Of a stretch of 64,000 nt of DNA, positions 1 through 7,122 are shown piece after piece. A program made the position numbers and the translations under genes. Below the pieces are notes generated by a model. The model made no database searches. It had not been told where the DNA came from and saw nothing but the letters and a program-made list of their open reading frames with translations. Source of the stretch: Candidatus Gastranaerophilales bacterium. GTDB taxonomy: Bacteria; Cyanobacteriota; Vampirovibrionia; Gastranaerophilales; Gastranaerophilaceae. The number at the start of each line of letters is the position of its first letter. Within the stretch, counting starts at the first letter, position 1. The stretch lies in NCBI GenBank assembly GCA_944326425.1, contig CALVDX010000002.1, forward strand, positions 72,902 to 136,901, read 5' to 3'.

Positions 1-318
1 ATGACCGCAAATACAGTTCTCGGGTTTTATAACGCTGATAACCTCAAAAATTGCCCTGTCCTGAGCGGCAAAGGTGAAACACAATCTCTATACAACATAA
101 AACCAAACGGCGTATTTATTATCGGTTCAAAGGATTCAGTAACGGGCGACAGCCCCAAAGGGTTTATGGAAACACTGAACTCATGGACAAGAGACCCGAA
201 ACACAATACTGTAATAGAAGTACCAGATGCATCGCATATTTTCTTTGGAAAACACGATATATACGCCCAAACAGTCCTTGATTGTATAACAAACCACAGA
301 TGCTGCGCGGCCGCATAA
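1..318 (+). CDS. C-terminal fragment of an alpha/beta-hydrolase-like protein (5' end outside window)
   Basis: The frame is open from the window edge to a stop at 316-318. The segment VPDASHIFFGKHD resembles the catalytic-His end of dienelactone-hydrolase-type folds. This is a weak call from memory. Confidence 0.3.
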   Translation: MTANTVLGFYNADNLKNCPVLSGKGETQSLYNIKPNGVFIIGSKDSVTGDSPKGFMETLNSWTRDPKHNTVIEVPDASHIFFGKHDIYAQTVLDCITNHRCCAAA

Positions 319-380
319 TTTAGTTTTAAAATCATTTTATAATTTACCAATGCAAAAGCTTTTATTCCTTAAAATTGAAA

Positions 381-411
381 ATATATAAAAGAGAGGGGTT
401 GTAATACCCCT
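381..411 (-). terminator. Intrinsic terminator for the minus-strand 1489->494 gene pair
   Basis: On the minus strand, the hairpin gaggggt-attaca-acccctc (393-411) is followed by a T-rich run (390..381). Confidence 0.5.
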
Positions 412-427
412 CGCCATGGGTTATAAT
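399..427 (+). promoter_or_regulatory. Sigma70-type promoter of sRNA candidate copy 1
   Basis: TTGTAA (399-404), a 17-nt spacer and TATAAT (422-427). The same geometry is conserved at 6834-6862. Confidence 0.5.
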
Positions 428-433
428 AATAGT

Positions 434-492
434 ATAAGCTTGCTTGATGCTCCGGGAGAGAACCGGATGACAACCAAGGAGCCATCTTTTTA
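434..492 (+). ncRNA. Candidate ~60-nt sRNA, copy 1 (hairpin plus U-tail), convergent and antisense to the 3' end of the 494..763 transcript
   Basis: A stem (438-446 pairing with 475-482, one bulge, one G-U) encloses the conserved core ttgatgctccgggagagaaccggatg (444-469) and is followed by a T-run (487-491). A second copy lies at 6869-6931 with an unrelated stem sequence. Confidence 0.5.
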
Positions 493-493
493 T

Positions 494-763
494 TTATTTT
501 ATTAATTTTTCATAAGGTTTTATGTTATAAAAATCTTTAGTTTGCGTATATGCATTATCCCTAATTTGATACACATAATCCTGCCCGTTCCATTTTACTT
601 TTAAATTATCAAAACTTAATGAATCATCACGAATTTTATTATTAGGCAGGTTTATATTTTCAACTGCCCTTTTGATATTTTGTTTTAAAACAGGATACTG
701 TTCTATATATCTGTAACTAAGCTTAATTTTAATAATACTCATATTATACATATTTTTCCTCAT
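494..763 (-). CDS. Hypothetical 89-aa protein, candidate partner or immunity protein of the upstream gene
   Basis: An intact ORF whose ATG overlaps the end of the upstream gene in its shifted frame. A 5'-truncated homolog is present at 6918-7122. Confidence 0.55.
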   Translation of the reverse strand: MRKNMYNMSIIKIKLSYRYIEQYPVLKQNIKRAVENINLPNNKIRDDSLSFDNLKVKWNGQDYVYQIRDNAYTQTKDFYNIKPYEKLIK

Positions 764-1489
764 CTAACCAAAAATCTAAAGCATGCCCCAATTCGGGTTC
801 TTGCATATCTGTTAATCGTTTATTCGGATCAAAATCTCCTGGATAACTTCTCCAATGAGCCTTGACAACTGTACCATCACTGCGTTTATATTCTCTGACA
901 TATACTTCACCTCCATTATCGGGACGATACCCCCCCCAAACAGTTCGTTATTATAACGACTATAACCCGCCAGATTATTTGGCATACTAGATTGCGATAC
1001 ATTATTTTTGTCAGTATTTAATTTAATACCTTCGCGTTCGCCTGTTTTTTCATTAAATCTTCTTTTATCATTTGGAGTTGTAATTAATTCACCTCTTCGC
1101 ATTTTTTTGTATATAATCCTTGATATTATATCATTGATTTCTTCTTTGTTTTTCTTTGTATAATAAAAAAACGGCTTCATTTCACGAGCAATTTCTCTGT
1201 CAATAGAATTATTCCATAAATCCATATTACGTTCACCTTGTGGAGCATTGGGGGTTTCATTTTCATGCATATCTCCCAAAATTTTAGCAACTTTTTCCCC
1301 ATAATTGTGCGCTAAATACCATTGCATATATACATGCTTAAATGCGTCTGCTTCGTTATTCCATGTAGAATGTTTACCAGTGCCTATTTCAAAACCATAT
1401 TTTCGTTGCGCTTTATATGTCGCATCTAAAACTTCTTTATTGAAATTTTCTCTCTGATAACTTATAAATTCATTAATTTTATTTTTCAT
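744..1489 (-). pseudogene. DAF-H / HE / MDLxNN-motif protein (DUF6973-like, from memory), frame-interrupted at a G8 tract; possibly phase-variable or a sequencing error
   Basis: The N-terminal frame (1489->) reads ...WNNEADAFKHVYMQWY...GDMHENE...RNMDLWNNS.... After the G8 tract the annotated frame ends at 812. The other frame reads GGEVYVREYKRSDGTVVKAHWRSYPG... to a stop at 744-746. That frame carries a motif shared with the proteins at 42765..43847 and 60736..62190. Confidence 0.55.
930..937 (-). repeat. Homopolymer G8 (C8 on the plus strand) inside a coding region
   Basis: Read directly from the sequence. A tract of 9 or 6 G would fuse the two conserved reading frames. Confidence 0.9.
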
Positions 1490-1519
1490 ATTTTATCCTT
1501 TCTATGTTATACTACAATT

Positions 1520-1918
1520 ATGAAACTACCAATATTTCACAGTTACTATACTGTTAATCTGTTAATTTATTTACTAATATTTAATTTTGTTCTTGTTCTC
1601 TGTACGCCTTTTGCAGTTTTATCTTTTCTTTTATTTAGAGTCCCAATATACGAACAGGGAATATTTACAATTTTAATTTTTTTACTTAATGTTTATATTA
1701 TTCCCATATTTATACTTATTGCTCTCTTTGAGACAATTTTACGAACTACCGGATTACTGAAAAACAAAGCGCAAACCAATCTGAATTTTATAAAACCGTT
1801 TATCCTCTGGATTATTATAATCATCGGATTTATAGTTTTTGGATTTATGAATACAATCTGCAGACATTCACAAATACCTTATACACAACAGGAACTTGAA
1901 GAATTACGTTTCGATTAA
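1520..1918 (+). CDS. Small polytopic membrane protein (about 4 TM) with an acidic C-terminal tail
   Basis: The ORF has four long hydrophobic segments. It is divergent from the 1489 gene with only 30 nt between the two start codons. Confidence 0.5.
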   Translation: MKLPIFHSYYTVNLLIYLLIFNFVLVLCTPFAVLSFLLFRVPIYEQGIFTILIFLLNVYIIPIFILIALFETILRTTGLLKNKAQTNLNFIKPFILWIIIIIGFIVFGFMNTICRHSQIPYTQQELEELRFD

Positions 1919-2012
1919 TCAAATTCATATTACTTACATTTGCCCATAATTGTGCTCCTTTCTTTTATAGCTACCTCAATTGATACTATCAATCAGTATT
2001 GATAGCAGTTCT

Positions 2013-2353
2013 ACGGGGTTGTTTAATATTTAATCTACAAATCAAGTATACAAATTTTTACAGAAAAACCCCGTCTTACTCGGCGGCATTAAACGGCGTT
2101 ACGTAACGAAAACTCAACGTTTCCGTTACTTCAGCCTGTCTTACCCGCTTTGCGATAAACGGGTACGCTTACGCTTTCACCCTCTGCAAAGCGGTCGCTC
2201 TGCCGCCTCGCGCAAGAAATATTACGAAAACTTTTCTTGCTCACTCGCGTTGAACGGGTCTGCTGGCAAAAACTCCCGTTTTGCCTTCCGCCCCTCGCTC
2301 GTTCGCGCTACATCTTATCTAGGACCCTTTCAGAGAGGGGATTTGACGTCCTA
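2013..2353. ncRNA. GC-rich ORF-free block, candidate structured RNA (class and strand unknown)
   Basis: By hand count, 2101-2340 has 126 G+C in 240 nt, against 13 of 60 in 2401-2460. It contains a series of 6-8 bp hairpins: 2013-2074, 2142-2165, 2172-2193, 2213-2239, 2253-2280 and 2320-2353. No ORF with a start codon is present. Confidence 0.35.
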
Positions 2354-2542
2354 AAAATTGCCTATATTCAAGATATATTCCGCTCAAATTCAATTCAAAT
2401 CGCCGTAGTTATTTAATAGCAGATGTTTTAAACCATAATTTTTAAAATTTAAGTATAAAAACTTCTGATTTAATATATTAAAATACAATATTAATATACT
2501 CAATTTTGTCAATCATGCGGATAAGAAAACAGGATAAACGGA

Positions 2543-2662
2543 TTGCGCCAAGCTTGCAGTCACTATTTCAACGCGGCAAATTTATTTATCCCTTTACCCC
2601 GCCTGCGCCATGCTTGTAGTCATTATTCCAACATGGCAGATACATTTCCCCCCCTGTCGCTT
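2543..2662 (+). repeat. Two tandem ~60-nt direct repeats upstream of the nucleotidyltransferase gene
   Basis: Units 2543-2602 and 2603-2662 agree at about three quarters of the first 50 positions. They are followed by a T7 run at 2663-2669. Confidence 0.7.
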
Positions 2663-2691
2663 TTTTTGTAAAAACCATATACAATAGAATT

Positions 2692-3771
2692 ATGAAACTA
2701 AACGACAACACAGGCAAACTTTACTATGTAGGCGGATGCGTGCGTGATGAAATTCTTGGCAAACAATCCGTTGATATCGACCTGTGTTATGAAGGCGATG
2801 CCATTGACTACGTTACCGCTCAGGGATATAAAATCATTAAAACCCAGAAAAACATAAGAACAGCGCGTGCTCTTATTGAGGGAGAAGAAATCGATTTTGC
2901 CTCAACAAGAAAAGAAATCTACCCCGAAGCCGGACACCTGCCTGTTACAACAGAGACCGGCTGCCCGCTTGAGGATGACCTTACAAGAAGAGATTTTACG
3001 GTAAACTCTATAGCGAAATCGGTAAAAACCGGTGATATTATTGACCCGACAGGCGGTGCGGAAGATATTAAAAGACAACTTCTGCGGGTGCATCATGATA
3101 AAAGCTTTATTGACGACCCGACAAGGATTATTCGCGGTCTAAAATTTTCTCTGCGATTCGGGTTTGAGTTTGATGAACATACTGAAAACCTGAAAGCGGA
3201 TTATTTAAACAATGTAAATTACGATATGAGTTATTCAAGGCTAAAAAAAGAACTTGTCGACTGCTTTAACCTCAATAGCGATGAAGGATTAAACAGGTTT
3301 ATTGAGGAAGGAATGTATAAACTTCTTACCCAAAATAAACCGCAAAAGCCGCTCGCATCAATCGAAGAACTTGTAAAAGAATTTGGTATACAAACCCCGT
3401 GGCTTATATACCTTGGCAGTACAAACCTTAGCCGGCTTGCCTTAGCCAAAACAGAAACTAAAATCATTGAAGGTTTTAATGCAATAAAAGAAAGCGGCGC
3501 GCCATACAAAATTTGCAGCAAATCAGATATTCAATCCGTCATCCTATGGACTGTATTTGTTAATCCGGATAAAGGGCTGCACTATCTTAAAAACCTCCGC
3601 GAAGTCAAACCCTCAGTCACCGGCGAAGAACTGTTAATCATGGGGTGTAAAGGGAAGCAAATCGGAAATATTCTGGATAAAGTACAAGAAGAAAAATTTA
3701 AAACCCCTGACATGTCACATGCTGATGAGTTAAGTATTGTAAAGAGCATACTAAATAAAAATAAACTATAA
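2692..3771 (+). CDS. cca: tRNA nucleotidyltransferase / poly(A) polymerase family protein (CCA-adding-enzyme-like, short form)
   Basis: Carries the motifs GGCVRDEILG...DIDL, RRDFTVNS and DDPTRIIRGLKF, which are typical of class II nucleotidyltransferases. Confidence 0.75.
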   Translation: MKLNDNTGKLYYVGGCVRDEILGKQSVDIDLCYEGDAIDYVTAQGYKIIKTQKNIRTARALIEGEEIDFASTRKEIYPEAGHLPVTTETGCPLEDDLTRRDFTVNSIAKSVKTGDIIDPTGGAEDIKRQLLRVHHDKSFIDDPTRIIRGLKFSLRFGFEFDEHTENLKADYLNNVNYDMSYSRLKKELVDCFNLNSDEGLNRFIEEGMYKLLTQNKPQKPLASIEELVKEFGIQTPWLIYLGSTNLSRLALAKTETKIIEGFNAIKESGAPYKICSKSDIQSVILWTVFVNPDKGLHYLKNLREVKPSVTGEELLIMGCKGKQIGNILDKVQEEKFKTPDMSHADELSIVKSILNKNKL

Positions 3772-3832
3772 TCATTATAAATACTGATTTTAATACTATT
3801 TTTAGTAAAAATTATTAACTTTAGTTAAATTC

Positions 3833-3861
3833 TTGTCAACACAATGATTTTAGTGTATAAT
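3833..3861 (+). promoter_or_regulatory. Sigma70-type promoter upstream of pflB
   Basis: TTGTCA (3833-3838), a 17-nt spacer and a TG-extended TATAAT (3854-3861). Confidence 0.55.
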
Positions 3862-3964
3862 ACGAATTAACGGCGAAATAAATTTGCCTGCGACATATCT
3901 TTTTATAAATCCGAGATATTTCACAAAATATAAATTGGAGATAGACAAAATAAAGGAGGTTAAC

Positions 3965-6169
3965 ATGGTTACCCAGATTGTGGATAATACCGCCATTGAT
4001 GTGGCATCGTTTATTAAGAATAACTATACACCTTACTATGGTGATGACAGTTTCTTAAGCGGCCCCACACAAAGAACAATGTACGTGTGGAGCAAAGTAA
4101 GTGAATTAATGAAGGAGGAGCACAAAAAAGGTGTTCTTGATGCTGATACTTCAACTCCTTCATCAATTACATCACACGGCGCGGGCTACATAGATAAGGA
4201 TAATGAACTTATCGTAGGCTTGCAGACAGACGCCCCGTTAAAACGTGCAATTATGCCAAACGGAGGCTACAGAATGGTTGAAGCTTCTTGTAAAGCGTAC
4301 GGTCTGCCTGTAGATGAAGAACTTAAGACTATTTACACAAAATACAGAAAAACTCACAATGACGGTGTATTTGATGTTTATACCGAAGCTATCAAAAAAT
4401 GCAGACACTCTGCAATTATTACAGGCCTGCCGGATGCTTACGGAAGGGGCAGAATTATCGGTGACTACAGACGTGTTGCACTTTACGGTATCGACAGACT
4501 TATTGAAGAAAAACAGAAAGACAAACTTTCAACCGAAAATATCCCGATGACTGAGGATAATATCAGGCTGAGAGAAGAATTGAGCGAACAAATCCGCGCG
4601 CTTAAAGATATGAAAGAAATGGCGCTCTCATACGGTATTGACATAAGCAAGCCGGCTGAAAGCTTCCGGGAGGCTGTTCAGTTTACATACTTCGGCTACC
4701 TTGCTGCAATCAAAGACCAGAATGGCGCGGCAATGTCACTGGGCAGAGTTTCTACATTCCTTGATATTTATTCGGAAAGAGATCTCAAATCAGGCAAAAT
4801 AACCGAAGAACAAGCGCAGGAAATAATGGACGATTTCATTATTAAATTGAGAATGGTACGTTTCTTAAGAACACCTGAATACAATGACCTGTTCAGCGGC
4901 GACCCGGTCTGGACAACTGAAAGCATCGGCGGCATGACAATGGACGGCAGACCGCTTGTTACAAAAAACTCTTTCAGAATGCTCCAAACACTAATAAACC
5001 TTGGCCCTGCTCCGGAACCGAATATGACAGTTCTCTGGAGTAAAGACCTGCCAAAAGGTTTCAAAGATTACTGTGCAAGAGTAAGTATTGAAACAAGCGC
5101 AATACAGTACGAAAACGACGACCTGATGCGTGAATCTTTCGGCGATGATTACGCAATTGCCTGCTGTGTTTCTCCGCTAATCATCGGTAAAGAAATGCAA
5201 TTCTTCGGCGCACGCGCAAACCTTGCCAAGGCACTTCTTTACACAATTAACGGCGGGGTTGATGAAAGAACCGGCGAAAAAGTTGCAGACTTTGAACCGA
5301 TTACAGACGAATACCTCGACTACGACACAGTAATGTCAAAGTTTGATAAGGTTATGGACTGGCTCGCGTACACTTATGTAAGCGCATTGAATATTATTCA
5401 CTATATGCACGACAAATATAACTACGAAAAAGCACAGCTTGCACTTATGGATTCAAATGCCGTACGCAAACTCGGATGCGGAATTGCCGGTTTCAGTGTT
5501 GTAACCGACTCACTCTCTGCAATTAAATATGCAAAAGTTAAAGTTATAAGAGAAAACGGAATTGCAAAACACTTTGAAATAGAAGGCGACTACCCGAAAT
5601 ACGGAAATAACGATGACAGAGCAGATTCTATCGGGGTTGATTTAGTTAACCGCTTTATGTCAAAGATTGAAAAAATCCAGACATACAGAGGCGCAATCCC
5701 GACACAATCAATCCTTACAATTACAAGTAACGTTGTGTACGGAAAGAAAACCGGTGACACACCGGACGGCAGAGTTGCGGGCGTTCCGTTCTCACCGGGA
5801 GCTAACCCGTTCAACGGCAGAGACTGCAAAGGCGCACTTGCATCACTTTGTTCTGTTGCAAAACTTCCGTTTAAGAATGCTAAAGACGGAATCTCAAACA
5901 CTTTCAGCATTCTGCCGGAAACATTGGGAAAATCAAGAGATGAACAAATCGGCAACCTGACCGGTATGATGGACGGATATTTTGAAAAAGGTGCACAGCA
6001 TTTGAATGTTAACGTTCTTAACCGCGAAACATTGCAGGATGCTATGGAACACCCTGAAAACTACCCGCAGTTGACAATCCGTGTGAGCGGATACGCTGTT
6101 AACTTCATTAAACTCACAAGAGAACAACAGCTTGATGTTATTAACAGAACCTTCCACTCTTCAATATAG
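3965..6169 (+). CDS. pflB: Pyruvate formate-lyase (glycyl radical enzyme)
   Basis: The active-site segment IACCVSP and the glycyl-radical motif RVSGYAVNF are present. The start is placed at ATG 3965, preceded by AAGGAGG (3953-3959). The tracked start at 3884 looks like an upstream over-extension. Confidence 0.95.
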   Translation: MVTQIVDNTAIDVASFIKNNYTPYYGDDSFLSGPTQRTMYVWSKVSELMKEEHKKGVLDADTSTPSSITSHGAGYIDKDNELIVGLQTDAPLKRAIMPNGGYRMVEASCKAYGLPVDEELKTIYTKYRKTHNDGVFDVYTEAIKKCRHSAIITGLPDAYGRGRIIGDYRRVALYGIDRLIEEKQKDKLSTENIPMTEDNIRLREELSEQIRALKDMKEMALSYGIDISKPAESFREAVQFTYFGYLAAIKDQNGAAMSLGRVSTFLDIYSERDLKSGKITEEQAQEIMDDFIIKLRMVRFLRTPEYNDLFSGDPVWTTESIGGMTMDGRPLVTKNSFRMLQTLINLGPAPEPNMTVLWSKDLPKGFKDYCARVSIETSAIQYENDDLMRESFGDDYAIACCVSPLIIGKEMQFFGARANLAKALLYTINGGVDERTGEKVADFEPITDEYLDYDTVMSKFDKVMDWLAYTYVSALNIIHYMHDKYNYEKAQLALMDSNAVRKLGCGIAGFSVVTDSLSAIKYAKVKVIRENGIAKHFEIEGDYPKYGNNDDRADSIGVDLVNRFMSKIEKIQTYRGAIPTQSILTITSNVVYGKKTGDTPDGRVAGVPFSPGANPFNGRDCKGALASLCSVAKLPFKNAKDGISNTFSILPETLGKSRDEQIGNLTGMMDGYFEKGAQHLNVNVLNRETLQDAMEHPENYPQLTIRVSGYAVNFIKLTREQQLDVINRTFHSSI

Positions 6170-6193
6170 CGGGTAATACCGAAATAAGTTAAA

Positions 6194-6230
6194 AATACCG
6201 CGCCGTGTAAATACCTGCGCGGTATTTTGA
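6194..6230 (+). terminator. Intrinsic terminator after pflB
   Basis: Hairpin aataccgcgc...gcgcggtatt followed by tttt. Confidence 0.6.
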
Positions 6231-6241
6231 TCCGTTAATAA

Positions 6242-6523
6242 TTAAGCATTTCTGTCCCAGAACCCCGGAGCATCAATATTGCTGCCAATATCGTTTTTCA
6301 ACCCGTCGCTAAAACTCGGGGCATTAATATTTGCGTCAACCTTTTCTTTAGCCCCATCGTTCATCCTATCGGTGAAACTCGGAGCATTAATATTGTTATT
6401 AACAGCGTTTTTAGCAGCCTGTTCTCCTGTTTTTACGACATCTTCAAGCGAACCCGGTTTCTGACCGTTCTGCCTCATGGCAGCCATACCCATTCTAAAG
6501 AAGGGATTAAAATTAATTGGCAT
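6242..6523 (-). CDS. Small repeat protein with three N-I-[ND]-A-P-[SG]-F-x-D repeats
   Basis: ATG 6523 (MPINFNPFF...) is preceded by AAAGGAAA. An alternative ATG lies at 6541. The repeats read NINAPSFTD, NINAPSFSD and NIDAPGFWD. Confidence 0.55.
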   Translation of the reverse strand: MPINFNPFFRMGMAAMRQNGQKPGSLEDVVKTGEQAAKNAVNNNINAPSFTDRMNDGAKEKVDANINAPSFSDGLKNDIGSNIDAPGFWDRNA

Positions 6524-6623
6524 AATAGTGTTTCCTTTCATTGTTTGTATTTGCTATTGCAAATTATGCTGACAAAATACATAACGGCACATTTTTTAGA
6601 AACTTTAGCCCACCCCACCACAT

Positions 6624-6648
6624 CATATCATATCATATCATATCATAT
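6624..6648. repeat. Pentanucleotide repeat (CATAT)5, which is (ATATG)5 on the transcribed minus strand
   Basis: Five perfect units plus a partial unit, lying between the -10 box and the G-rich tract of the 6242 gene leader. The homologous leader at 32019-32028 has two units. Confidence 0.9.
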
Positions 6649-6653
6649 AGGGG

Positions 6654-6682
6654 ATTATATCAAGGCTTCAGCCCCATGTAAA
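6654..6682 (-). promoter_or_regulatory. Sigma70-type promoter of the 6242..6523 gene
   Basis: On the minus strand: TTTACA (6682..6677), a 17-nt spacer and a TG-extended TATAAT (6659..6654). Confidence 0.55.
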
Positions 6683-6688
6683 CTTATA

Positions 6689-6706
6689 TTTACATTTTGT
6701 TACATT
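6689..6706 (+). promoter_or_regulatory. HLR1-like direct repeat TTTACATT-TT-GTTACATT
   Basis: A perfect match to (G/T)TTACA(T/A)(T/A)-N2-(G/T)TTACA(T/A)(T/A), located just upstream of the -35 of the minus-strand promoter. Confidence 0.5.
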
Positions 6707-6833
6707 GTAATATTCATTAAAATATTGCTTAATATTTCTTAATAATAGCACGTCTTTGGGGGATAATTTTTGAAAGGAAGAAAAAGCATTCAAAAGGAAA
6801 TAATAAAATTGGAAAATATATAAAAGCGAGGGG

Positions 6834-6862
6834 TTGAAATCACCCTCGCGATAGGTTATAAT
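6834..6862 (+). promoter_or_regulatory. Sigma70-type promoter of sRNA candidate copy 2
   Basis: TTGAAA (6834-6839), a 17-nt spacer and TATAAT (6857-6862). Confidence 0.5.
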
Positions 6863-6868
6863 GTTATT

Positions 6869-6931
6869 GATAGTTCTTTTGATGCTCCGGGAGAGAACCG
6901 GATGTCTCTCAAAAGAACTATCGCCTTTTTA
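6869..6931 (+). ncRNA. Candidate ~60-nt sRNA, copy 2
   Basis: A perfect 14-bp stem (6869-6882 pairing with 6909-6922) encloses the same core (6879-6904) as copy 1 and is followed by a T5 run (6926-6930). Confidence 0.5.
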
Positions 6932-7122
6932 ATTGCTCAATCAAAGTACTATAGGGTTTAATATTATAAAAATCTTTGGTTTTATGTTGATGATTATTTC
7001 TAATCTGGTAAACATATTCCTGCCCATTCCAATTCACTTTTAGGTTATCAAAATTTACTGCATCAATTCTACTTTTATTAAGCAGCAAGTTTATATTTTT
7101 AACTGCCTTTTTGATATTTTAT
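6918..7122 (-). pseudogene. 5'-truncated orphan homolog of the 89-aa protein at 494..763
   Basis: The minus frame reads NIKKAVKNINLLLNKSRIDAVNFDNLKVNWNGQEYVYQIRNN...KDFYNIKPY..., collinear with residues ~29-89 of the 494..763 protein. An in-frame TAA lies immediately upstream and no start codon is present. Confidence 0.6.

Noticed and set aside
2034-2350. A stop-free frame across the GC-rich block, considered as a possible protein gene or pseudogene.
   Set aside because: There is no start codon in the first ~70 codons. The translation is Arg/Ser/Leu-rich without protein-like pattern. The hairpin density favours RNA or decayed DNA.
2013-2353. Assignment of the GC-rich block to tmRNA, RNase P RNA, SRP RNA, a T-box, a retron msr/msd or an IS605/IscB omega RNA.
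   Set aside because: I could not find the remembered signature strings: the tmRNA tag and tRNA-like end, the RNase P GAGGAAAGUCC motif, the SRP GGAA-loop context or the T-box sequence. No reverse transcriptase or TnpB/IscB gene is adjacent. Only an Rfam search can settle this.
2543-2662. The tandem 60-nt repeats as a CRISPR array.
   Set aside because: There are only two units, they are directly abutting without spacers, they are imperfect, and no cas genes are present.
3884-3964. The N-terminal extension of pflB from a TTG at 3884.
   Set aside because: The extension overlaps the promoter-proximal leader. A strong AAGGAGG precedes ATG 3965, and the conserved PFL sequence starts there.
4314-6157. 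Several 60-120-aa ORFs inside or antisense to pflB (for example 4314..4550, 4768..5064, 5590..5955, 5667..5960 and 5933..6157), and similar shadow ORFs inside most other long genes.
   Set aside because: They lie fully within well-supported conserved coding regions, have no SD sequences and have odd composition. They were treated as frame shadows and not reported as features.
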